A stretch of 34,110 nucleotides of DNA from a virus (IMGVR_UViG_3300044641_006127:1-34110), one strand, 5' to 3'; numbered from the stretch's first letter, positions 1 through 6,946 are shown. The notes: generated by a model from the sequence alone, not told the origin. Made by a program: numbers and translations.

Positions 1-71
1 ATTCAACTAAACCTATTCCTAGAATAGAGGGTGAAAAACTTATAGTTGCTAATCCAGCTTGGAGTTTGTAA
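1..71 (+). CDS. 3' end of an upstream gene (partial), hypothetical protein
   Basis: Open frame from position 3 reads STKPIPRIEGEKLIVANPAWSL then TAA at 69-71; same strand as the downstream genes. Confidence 0.5.
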   Translation, partial: STKPIPRIEGEKLIVANPAWSL

Positions 72-121
72 TAAAATTCAAAAAATATTAGAAATCATTT
101 TTTATAATAAGAAATGATAAT

Positions 122-129
122 TACTTTTG
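122..129 (+). promoter_or_regulatory. Bacteroidota housekeeping-sigma -7 box TAnnTTTG (putative early promoter)
   Basis: TACTTTTG followed by TAA, ending 4 nt before ATG 134; the same TAnnTTTGTAA occurs at 6355 and 27765. Confidence 0.55.
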
Positions 130-133
130 TAAT

Positions 134-703
134 ATGAAAATTTTGTTCCTGGATCACGACGGGGTAATTTGTCTTTCTCAGCAATTTGGAGGACGTTACA
201 AGAAGCAGATTAAGCTTAGAACAAAGCTTTCGCAAAATCTGATGACTTTTCCTGTTGAAGCTAGGTTTGATAATTTTGATAAGAAAGCAATTAAGGTTCT
301 AAACGCAATCTTAGAAGAAACAGGAGCTGAAATAGTGGTTTCTTCAGATTGGAAGAACTGGGCAACTGTAGAGGAAATGTGTGAATACTATAAAGAGCAA
401 GGAATTATTAAAACTCCTATAGATTTTACACCCAGAGAATACACAATGCCAGAGAAACAAGAATGGCATCCAGAATGGGATTTAGAAGCATCAAGAACTT
501 TAGAAATCCAAGAATGGTTAAAAGAGCATCCAGAAGTCACACATTGGGTAGCAATAGATGATTTGGACATGAGTTTTAAAGAAGTGTCTTCTAATAGAAG
601 CGGTACTGGATGGGGATTAACAAATTTTGTACACACTCCAAGCCTTAATGAAGGTATTAAAAAATGTGGGATTAAAGAAAAAGTTTTAAAATTCCTGTTG
701 TAA
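134..703 (+). CDS. HAD-superfamily phosphatase (Swiss Army Knife RNA-repair-like HAD domain)
   Basis: Motif I FLDHDGV, motif II VVSSDW, R..EI..WL, motif IV VAIDD. Confidence 0.8.
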   Translation: MKILFLDHDGVICLSQQFGGRYKKQIKLRTKLSQNLMTFPVEARFDNFDKKAIKVLNAILEETGAEIVVSSDWKNWATVEEMCEYYKEQGIIKTPIDFTPREYTMPEKQEWHPEWDLEASRTLEIQEWLKEHPEVTHWVAIDDLDMSFKEVSSNRSGTGWGLTNFVHTPSLNEGIKKCGIKEKVLKFLL

Positions 704-839
704 TAACAAGAAAGATGATAGAACACCAGAAGAGGCTGGTATGAAAATGAGACAGAAGCCATTTAAACCAGGCTATGGTTATTTCATTCGTAATTTTGCA
801 AAAGGATTAGATGTATGGACATCATATTTACCAGATTAA
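696..839 (+). pseudogene. C-terminal remnant of an HNH (McrA-like) endonuclease
   Basis: Frame reads CCNNKKDDRTPEEAGMKMRQKPFKP...WTSYLPD*, matching the HNH tail CNxKKxxRTPEEAGM; in-frame TAA at 687-689 and no start codon ahead of the motif. Confidence 0.7.
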
Positions 840-843
840 AATT

Positions 844-876
844 AACCCCAGATTTTATTAGAATCTGGGGTTTTTT
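844..876 (+). terminator. Intrinsic terminator
   Basis: Stem AACCCCAGATT / AATCTGGGGTT with a 7-nt loop, followed by a T-run. Confidence 0.85.
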
Positions 877-879
877 GTG

Positions 880-907
880 GAAATCTTTATTGTATAATAA
901 TCTATAA
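880..907 (+). promoter_or_regulatory. Putative middle promoter (GAAAT-N18-TATAA variant)
   Basis: GAAATC at 880 and TATAA at 903, same spacing as the AAC-N18-TATAA family. Confidence 0.4.
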
Positions 908-923
908 GAAGTAAACTATTATT

Positions 924-1988
924 ATGTTATTTGATTTTGATGATATACTGATTGAACCTGAAATGCACACAAGCATTAGATCGAGAAAACAGGTGGATGC
1001 GATGGATGAAAAACAAATGCTTCCTCTTTTTACTGCTCCCATGGACACAGTTATAAACGAAGAAAATGTTAAACTGTTTAATGACAATAAAATATATGGA
1101 ATTATTCCAAGAAAATCTAATTCTGGTTTAGATTATATCTCAACAGACTATAAGGTATGGTATTCTTATGGTTTAGATGATTTTAAGAAGATATTTATTG
1201 AAAATGATATAAACCTAAAGATTGGTGAAAAAGCTTTCGCCTTAATTGATGTAGCAAATGGACACATGAATGAGGTTAAGGATCTTGTTGTGAATTCAAA
1301 AGAAAAATACGGAAGGACATTAGTACTTATGGTTGGTAACTGTGCTAATCCTATTACATTTCTTTCCCTTTCACAAGCAGGAGCAGATTATGTTAGAATG
1401 GGTATTGGAAATGGGGCAGGATGTTTAACCACAGTACAGACAGGTATTGGTTATCCGATGGCATCTCTAATTCATGAAACAGTTAAGATTCAGCAAGAAA
1501 GAAATATCACAACAAAAATTGTAGCTGATGGGGGATTTAAAAAATACTCAGATGTTATCAAGGCATTAGCTTTAGGAGCAGATTATGTGATGCTGGGAAG
1601 TATATTCAATAAAGCTTTAGAAAGCTGTGGTGAAACATTCGAAGGTAATAAAAAATACGATTCTTGGACAGAGCCAGGAGATAAGGTAGATCAATATTCA
1701 ATAGATGTACTTTTACAATTTGAAGCTGGAAGAAAATTCTATAAGAAATTTAGAGGAATGTCTACTAAAGAAGTTCAAAAGAGCTTAGGTAAGACAGAAT
1801 TAAAAACATCTGAAGGTATTTCTAAAATGCAACCAGTTGAATATACGCTCACAGGTTGGATCGAGAACTTTACTGATTATCTAAAATCTGCTATGAGTTA
1901 TACTGACTGTTTAACTATTGGAGAATTCATCGGAAAGGTTAGATTCAATAAAATTTCAAAAAATTCAATGGAAAGATTCAATAAATAG
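924..1988 (+). CDS. guaC: GMP reductase / IMP dehydrogenase family protein, no CBS domains; closer to GMP reductase
   Basis: FDDILI, APMDTV, DVANGH, GN, catalytic loop GIGNGAGCLTT, ADGG, KALALGADYVMLG, FRGMS, SEG. DVANG is the GuaC-type motif. Confidence 0.75.
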   Translation: MLFDFDDILIEPEMHTSIRSRKQVDAMDEKQMLPLFTAPMDTVINEENVKLFNDNKIYGIIPRKSNSGLDYISTDYKVWYSYGLDDFKKIFIENDINLKIGEKAFALIDVANGHMNEVKDLVVNSKEKYGRTLVLMVGNCANPITFLSLSQAGADYVRMGIGNGAGCLTTVQTGIGYPMASLIHETVKIQQERNITTKIVADGGFKKYSDVIKALALGADYVMLGSIFNKALESCGETFEGNKKYDSWTEPGDKVDQYSIDVLLQFEAGRKFYKKFRGMSTKEVQKSLGKTELKTSEGISKMQPVEYTLTGWIENFTDYLKSAMSYTDCLTIGEFIGKVRFNKISKNSMERFNK

Positions 1989-2016
1989 GAAACATGTTCA
2001 AAAAAACGTGTATAAT
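1989..2016 (+). promoter_or_regulatory. Putative middle promoter GAAAC-N17-TATAAT
   Basis: GAAAC 1989-1993 and TATAAT 2011-2016 upstream of ATG 2031. Confidence 0.55.
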
Positions 2017-2030
2017 AAAGAAAATAGCTA

Positions 2031-2816
2031 ATGAAAAAGTTTGGCCGCTTCAATGATGTAATTAAATGGACTGCACAACAAATGTATGATTACTCATATG
2101 AAGTACATACTGAAAAATGGCAGGGTAAGGAGATTAAGCATGATCCTAAGTACACAATGATTGAAACATTGAACCTCTCTTTTTCATGTCAGATGTCACC
2201 AGACATTAAAGTCATAGGCGAACAGATCAATCCTAATTTTGCTTGGGCAGATGAGCATTTCGAAGAAAGAGTTAGTGGTTTACCATTAAACCCTCCTCCA
2301 TCACATGAGAGATGGCCTTATGCTCAGAAGAATAATGAGGAATTTGGGGGCCTTGAAAAATTCTCTCACACATATCCAGAAAGGATCTGGCCTAAATTTG
2401 CATCAGATATTCCTAATAGTAAAATGACAGGAATAAGATATAATTATGGAGATTTCAATGATGTTGTTTCTTTAATGGCTAGAGAACCTTTTACTAGACA
2501 GGCATTCCTTCCTATTTGGTTTCCCGAGGATACTGGATCAGTTACAGGAGAAAGGGTACCGTGCTCAATTGGTTATCACTTTATTAGAAGAGGAGATTAT
2601 GTACATGTTGTTTATTATATTAGATCCTGTGATTTCTTTAGACACTTTAGAGATGACATTTATCTTTGTGCTAAAAAAGTATTTTGGTTGATCGATAAAT
2701 TAAAAGAAATAGATCCTGAGAATTGGAATCATATTAAGCCAGGTGTGCTAACATTTCATTGTACATCCTTACACGCTTGGGCAGTAGAAAAGCCTTTGTT
2801 AAAGAAAATAATGTAA
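2031..2816 (+). CDS. Thymidylate-synthase-fold enzyme, probably a dCMP hydroxymethylase/methylase
   Basis: TRQA..PIW, catalytic PC (RVPCSIG), RSCD motif, H..SLH. Asp sits at the position equivalent to ThyA Asn177 (RSCDFFRHFRDD). Confidence 0.75.
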   Translation: MKKFGRFNDVIKWTAQQMYDYSYEVHTEKWQGKEIKHDPKYTMIETLNLSFSCQMSPDIKVIGEQINPNFAWADEHFEERVSGLPLNPPPSHERWPYAQKNNEEFGGLEKFSHTYPERIWPKFASDIPNSKMTGIRYNYGDFNDVVSLMAREPFTRQAFLPIWFPEDTGSVTGERVPCSIGYHFIRRGDYVHVVYYIRSCDFFRHFRDDIYLCAKKVFWLIDKLKEIDPENWNHIKPGVLTFHCTSLHAWAVEKPLLKKIM

Positions 2817-2817
2817 T

Positions 2818-2825
2818 GATATATA
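2818..2825 (+). promoter_or_regulatory. Putative late promoter GATATATA
   Basis: Exact octamer in a 13-nt intergenic gap, ending 4 nt before ATG 2830. Confidence 0.6.
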
Positions 2826-2829
2826 TTAG

Positions 2830-3669
2830 ATGCTTAAACATGTAAAAGATTTTAAAAATTTTAGTTTATTCGAATCTGTACGAATAGAAAGAATGGACCC
2901 TTCAACATACAAGAATGAAACTGTTACCACTTTGCCTTATGTAAATAAGATAGAGGAAAATAGACAATTATTTCTTAAAAAACTTTGCAAAATTTCAGAA
3001 GATTTAGATATAAAACCAGAATGGCTTTTACATACAATCTTTCATGAAAGTAGATTTGATTCAAAGTATAGAGATCAGATGTCCCGTGCAGTAGGACTTA
3101 TTTCATTTCTTCCTAGCATTCTAAAAATATTTATAAACGATGAAACGGGTAAAACAATAACACCAAATGATGTTTTACAAATGAGCAATATCGATCAATT
3201 AGATCTAGTTGGAGAATTTTATAAAATGTGGTTTGATAAAATGAAACTAAAATCACCAATTATTGCTGGTGATTTTGCAGCTTTAACTTTCTACCCTGCA
3301 GTGATTCAAAAAGATTGGTCGTGGGAATTTCCAGATTATGTAGTGGATCTTAATATAGAAATGTTTAAAAAGTTCCCTTCGGGTGTAGGAAGAACTAAAA
3401 AAGATTACTACGATTATATTGATATTGTACTAAATAACGATACAGAGCAAGATGAATCTAACTATTATATTTTAGGTAATTTTGGGGGTGCTTTTGCCGA
3501 ACCAGGAGCATATAACAACAAAAAACCTTTAGAATTTTATAAAGATTTATTATTTGCTATACAAGATCCTACACAAAATCAAGATCTCCAAGCACAGGAC
3601 GTAGAAAATACAGAAAAATCTAAACAAATTGGCACTTTAGGTGTATTAGGATTAAATAATGTAAAATGA
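2830..3669 (+). CDS. Lytic-transglycosylase/lysozyme-like protein, probably virion-associated
   Basis: SLT-like motifs WLLHTIFHESRFD (catalytic E-S) and SRAVGLISF; N-terminal KHVKDFKNFSLFES resembles a capsid-targeting leader. Confidence 0.6.
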   Translation: MLKHVKDFKNFSLFESVRIERMDPSTYKNETVTTLPYVNKIEENRQLFLKKLCKISEDLDIKPEWLLHTIFHESRFDSKYRDQMSRAVGLISFLPSILKIFINDETGKTITPNDVLQMSNIDQLDLVGEFYKMWFDKMKLKSPIIAGDFAALTFYPAVIQKDWSWEFPDYVVDLNIEMFKKFPSGVGRTKKDYYDYIDIVLNNDTEQDESNYYILGNFGGAFAEPGAYNNKKPLEFYKDLLFAIQDPTQNQDLQAQDVENTEKSKQIGTLGVLGLNNVK

Positions 3670-3678
3670 AATTATAAA

Positions 3679-3854
3679 ATGAAATCAATTATTATTTTTT
3701 TTAAATCGCTCTTCACCACTAAAAAAAGAGATTTTTTGTGAGACTGTAAAAAAAAGCGGCAAAAGCTAAAAGAGGAAGAAAGCCTAAATCTGGAAAAGAA
3801 ATAAGAAAAGAAACTAAGGTTTCTACTAAAAAATCTAAAAAGAGTGAAAATTAA
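3679..3854 (+). pseudogene. Small Lys-rich basic protein broken by two poly-A frameshifts
   Basis: MKSIIIFFKSLFTTKK / EIFCETVKK / AAKAKRGRKPKSGKEIRKETKVSTKKSKKSEN*; removing one A from each of A7 (3721-3727) and A8 (3748-3755) gives one 58-aa ORF. Confidence 0.5.
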
Positions 3855-4110
3855 AAGACTGACAGAATTTCTCGAGGAGACAAATCGATCTTTAGGATAC
3901 AGTGGTGGAGATGTTACAAAAATGCCAATTATAGGTAGTGTAATAACAAAACCTATTGGACCTTTTGGAGAAGGCTATTACGATATAGTTGAAGTGATTC
4001 AAGATCCACAGGGTAAAGAAATTTACATAGCTAATTCCTGGTATAAACCTGGAGTTCCCCAATTAATACATTCAGATTTAGTAAGACAGTTTAATCCATT
4101 ACTTTACTAA
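3844..4110 (+). CDS. Hypothetical protein (possible internal head protein)
   Basis: 88-aa ORF with GTG start; N-terminus MKIKRLTEFLEE. Confidence 0.7.
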   Translation: MKIKRLTEFLEETNRSLGYSGGDVTKMPIIGSVITKPIGPFGEGYYDIVEVIQDPQGKEIYIANSWYKPGVPQLIHSDLVRQFNPLLY

Positions 4111-4115
4111 TTTTT

Positions 4116-4144
4116 GGAACTTTATTTTCAGATAAATATATAAT
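4116..4144 (+). promoter_or_regulatory. Putative middle promoter GGAAC-N18-TATAAT, overlapping an AATATATA late-like box
   Basis: GGAACTT at 4116 and TATAAT at 4139. Confidence 0.6.
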
Positions 4145-4150
4145 AATAGA

Positions 4151-4222
4151 ACTAGAGGTTTCTAGTCACTTCCCGGTCAACAAGCCGTAGAGTTTTCAGA
4201 AATGGAAACAAAGGAAGGGGCC
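4151..4222 (+). ncRNA. Candidate structured 5' leader RNA (hairpin plus three-way junction)
   Basis: ACTAGA/TCTAGT hairpin; P1 CTTCC/GGAAG, P2 CGGT/GCCG, P3 GTTTTCA-GAAA-TGGAAAC; GC-richer than other intergenic DNA here. Confidence 0.45.
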
Positions 4223-4238
4223 AAATAAAATAATCTTT

Positions 4239-5036
4239 ATGTATTATTCAACGCCAAGCGTGATGTCGGCATGTACTGCTCACATTACAAAAAACAGAAA
4301 TAGATCTAAGATCTATGATGATTCCGTCTATCTAAAAGACGGTGAAAATTTCGAGATTGAGTTATTCAATCCAACAACGTCAAGGGTACTTGCAAAAATC
4401 ACTATCAACGGTAATTATATTTCTAATTCAGGAATTGTACTAAAACCAGGAGAGAGAGTTTATCTGGAAAGATTTATCGATTCAAACAACAAATTTGTTT
4501 TTGAAACGTATGAAGTAGAAGGATCAAATGAAGCTTTAAATGCCATCAGAAATAACGGAGGTGTAGAAGTTTCTTTCTATACCGAAATTATGACTTCCAC
4601 TTACTCATCATTTAATGATGGTTCTCTTACAATCAATTCTGGTAGTAGTACAGTATACGGATCCGGTACATTGTATGATACTTATAGCTATCCATTTGGA
4701 GGTACCACTGTTAATAATCTGTTTACCTCCAGCAGTTTAAGTGGTGTTTCAGGTTTATCTGGTCCAATAGGTTTAAACGGAGATGCAGGACCAGAGGGTA
4801 TTAAGGGTTCAATAGAAACTGGTAGAATTGAAAAAGGCGATTCCAGTAATCAATTATTTGAAACTGTAAATGGAAATTTTAGCACATTTACTACAAGTTC
4901 TATTACTATCAAATTACTTCCAGAGTCGCAAAAACCAGTTGAGGTTTCTACACTTAGAAACTACTGTACAAATTGTGGAACAAGAGCTAAGAAACAATCT
5001 TGGAAATTTTGTCCAAGCTGTGGATCAAAAATCTAA
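4239..5036 (+). CDS. Hypothetical protein: beta-rich N-terminal domain, Ser/Gly linker with short collagen-like GXY run, C-terminal zinc ribbon
   Basis: GVSGLSGPIGLNGDAGPEGIKGS; C-terminal CTNC...CPSC. Confidence 0.8.
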   Translation: MYYSTPSVMSACTAHITKNRNRSKIYDDSVYLKDGENFEIELFNPTTSRVLAKITINGNYISNSGIVLKPGERVYLERFIDSNNKFVFETYEVEGSNEALNAIRNNGGVEVSFYTEIMTSTYSSFNDGSLTINSGSSTVYGSGTLYDTYSYPFGGTTVNNLFTSSSLSGVSGLSGPIGLNGDAGPEGIKGSIETGRIEKGDSSNQLFETVNGNFSTFTTSSITIKLLPESQKPVEVSTLRNYCTNCGTRAKKQSWKFCPSCGSKI

Positions 5037-5049
5037 ACACCTACTGCAC

Positions 5050-5085
5050 AAAAAACCCAAGAGAGATCTTGGGTTTGTAGTTTTT
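5050..5085. terminator. Bidirectional intrinsic terminator between convergent genes
   Basis: AAACCCAAGA-GAGA-TCTTGGGTTT, flanked by an A-run and T-rich sequence. Confidence 0.8.
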
Positions 5086-5086
5086 A

Positions 5087-5899
5087 TTAATTAAGGTATA
5101 CGTCCCAATTCTGAGCCATTTCAGCTTGTGAAATTTCTGTATCTGTATAAGGTCTAATGTTTTTTAAAGGAGTACCCCGATAGTTCATATAAGCTTCTTT
5201 TGGTACTGGTATTTGCTGTTGCTGTTGTTGTTGTGAACCGTATCCAACGTAAGTGGGTTGCGTTGTTTGCGTGTTGTTTGCTGAAGCCCCTGTTACCGAT
5301 TTTACCACTTTAATACCAGTTTTAAGTTTAACTGCACCGACTTTTAGCGATTTAATTTTTTCTTTGTTTTTACTAAGAGCTACTAATTTAGCCCCGCCAT
5401 CAATAATAAAAGATTTTAAAGATGCCAAGATTTTCCCAACGAACGGTGCAATGCCAGAAAATTTGGATAAAAATTTAGAGCTTTTTATAAACTTAACAAT
5501 TTTGGGAAAGAATTTAGCAACTGCATTAATTAACGGTTTAAGAATTCCTTTTCCTATTACTGACCCTTTCCTTAAGGCTTTAACAAGTATAGTACCACCA
5601 GCTCCAATATACTGGCCAAATAATGGAATTAATCCAATTGCACAAAGCCCAGCAAGAAGAAATTCTCCTTGTTTGGCGTAAGAAACTAAATTGATTCCTT
5701 CTGCTATTGATCCTATACCAGGAATAAGAGCTGCAAAATCTAAAATAGTATTATACCAAGCTTCTAGTAATTGATTATCGTTAGAATTTAGATATTCTAT
5801 AGATTCAATAATTTGTTTGCGTGAAAAATCGTTTTGTGTGAAATTAAAGCTATTCTCGTTTTCGAATAAGAATCCATCCATTGATAATATGTTATTCAT
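5087..5899 (-). CDS. Protein with pre-toxin-TG-like helical hairpin domain and poly-Q tail
   Basis: LDFAALIPGIGSIAEGINLVSYAKQGEFLLAGLCAIGLIPLFG; SQQQQQQQ; GATATATA on the minus strand upstream. Confidence 0.7.
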   Translation of the reverse strand: MNNILSMDGFLFENENSFNFTQNDFSRKQIIESIEYLNSNDNQLLEAWYNTILDFAALIPGIGSIAEGINLVSYAKQGEFLLAGLCAIGLIPLFGQYIGAGGTILVKALRKGSVIGKGILKPLINAVAKFFPKIVKFIKSSKFLSKFSGIAPFVGKILASLKSFIIDGGAKLVALSKNKEKIKSLKVGAVKLKTGIKVVKSVTGASANNTQTTQPTYVGYGSQQQQQQQIPVPKEAYMNYRGTPLKNIRPYTDTEISQAEMAQNWDVYLN

Positions 5900-5913
5900 A
5901 CTATTTTTTCTTT

Positions 5914-5921
5914 TATATATC
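5914..5921 (-). promoter_or_regulatory. Putative late promoter GATATATA (minus strand)
   Basis: TATATATC on +; orientation matches the minus-strand gene starting at 5899. Confidence 0.65.
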
Positions 5922-5930
5922 TGATAAAAG

Positions 5931-5957
5931 GAAACTTTTAAACTTTTTTACTATAAT
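5931..5957 (+). promoter_or_regulatory. Putative middle promoter GAAAC-N16-TATAAT
   Basis: GAAACTT at 5931, TATAAT at 5952, ATG at 5962. Confidence 0.5.
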
Positions 5958-5961
5958 TATC

Positions 5962-6315
5962 ATGTTATATAGATCGAGTAAAATATATGTAGATGATTCA
6001 TACATTCATGGACGTGGAGTATTTGCATCAGAATTTATAAAAGCTGGCGAGATATTAGAAGAATGTCATTTCTTGGAATTAGAAAAAGAATCACAATACC
6101 CAGATATTCTACATAGGCATTTTTTTGCATGGCCAAAAGGTGTAGGTGATAAATTAGCAATATGCCTAGGGTATGGAAGTATTTTTAATAACTCAGACGA
6201 ATCTCCTAATGCTGATTGGCAAACAGATACATCTAAAAATAAAATAATCTTTTTTTCAATTAAGGATATAAATAAAGGAGAAGAGATTTTTACTAATTAT
6301 AGCAAGTATGATTAA
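5962..6315 (+). CDS. SET-domain protein-lysine methyltransferase-like protein
   Basis: S.IHGRGVFA..I..GE, GSIFNNS..PNA (NHS-equivalent), KDI.KGEEIFTNY. Start moved from 5881 to the in-frame ATG 5962. Confidence 0.85.
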   Translation: MLYRSSKIYVDDSYIHGRGVFASEFIKAGEILEECHFLELEKESQYPDILHRHFFAWPKGVGDKLAICLGYGSIFNNSDESPNADWQTDTSKNKIIFFSIKDINKGEEIFTNYSKYD

Positions 6316-6354
6316 TTTTTAACAAAATCTTTTTTTTTAATAAACTAATATTAT

Positions 6355-6362
6355 TAAATTTG
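6355..6362 (+). promoter_or_regulatory. Bacteroidota -7 box TAnnTTTG (putative early promoter)
   Basis: TAAATTTG followed by TAAAATAA in the intergenic gap upstream of ATG 6383. Confidence 0.6.
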
Positions 6363-6382
6363 TAAAATAAAATCGATATCAA

Positions 6383-6649
6383 ATGGACACAGAAGACCGA
6401 AAAAGATTAGAAGAAATAGAGAACAGCATCGAAAAGCTCTATGATGAACAATCAAGAAAGCTTTTTGATTACATTGTTCAAATGAAAGAAGAGGCTTTTA
6501 TGGAAGGCCAACCTTTGTATAAGTTTAGAGACACAGACCTTTTTGATAAACTCATAGCACATTTTGAATCTGTTGAAGAATATGAAAAATGTGCATTCAT
6601 TCTAAATCAATCCACAAAAATCAGACAAGCAATTATAGAAAGAATGTAA
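6383..6649 (+). CDS. Small helical protein with C-terminal UVR-like motif
   Basis: LIAHFESVEEYEKCAFI resembles the UvrB/C motif (E.YE.AA.I/L). Confidence 0.7.
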   Translation: MDTEDRKRLEEIENSIEKLYDEQSRKLFDYIVQMKEEAFMEGQPLYKFRDTDLFDKLIAHFESVEEYEKCAFILNQSTKIRQAIIERM

Positions 6650-6656
6650 TATTGAA

Positions 6657-6687
6657 GAAACTTTTCCAAGTTCTTTTACTATAAATA
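6657..6687 (+). promoter_or_regulatory. Putative middle promoter GAAAC-N18-TATAAA
   Basis: GAAACTT at 6657, TATAAATA at 6680, ATG at 6692. Confidence 0.6.
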
Positions 6688-6691
6688 ATGT

Positions 6692-6946
6692 ATGGGAAAA
6701 GGACGAAGATACATAAAAAAATCTGCTGATGGCAGATTTTTTTTGCATATAGAGAAGCCGGAGTATCAGATAGATCTTGATAAAAAAACAAAATTGTGGA
6801 CCTCATCAGATTATTTGTTCTTAGAGTCACTTAAAGAAGATTCAGAAAGCACAAAAAAAACATTAGATGTATTAATACAATGGAATGAATTCCAACAGAA
6901 TTTTGAAGCTTGTAATAGATTGTTAGTTTTAAGAAAAACTTTCTAA
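6692..6946 (+). CDS. Small hypothetical protein with degenerate UVR-like C-terminus
   Basis: 84-aa ORF; LIQWNEFQQNFEACNRL. Confidence 0.7.
   Translation: MGKGRRYIKKSADGRFFLHIEKPEYQIDLDKKTKLWTSSDYLFLESLKEDSESTKKTLDVLIQWNEFQQNFEACNRLLVLRKTF

Noticed and set aside
791-798. TAATTTTG (and TAAATTTG at 23216) as early promoters
   Set aside because: The first lies inside the HNH remnant just before a terminator; the second precedes a late gene. Neither has the TAA extension shared by the three accepted sites, so chance matches are likely.
4151-4222. Hammerhead ribozyme or c-di-GMP-I riboswitch identity for the leader RNA
   Set aside because: No CUGAnGA core and no GGCAAA...GACGCAAAG pattern; kept only as an unclassified candidate.
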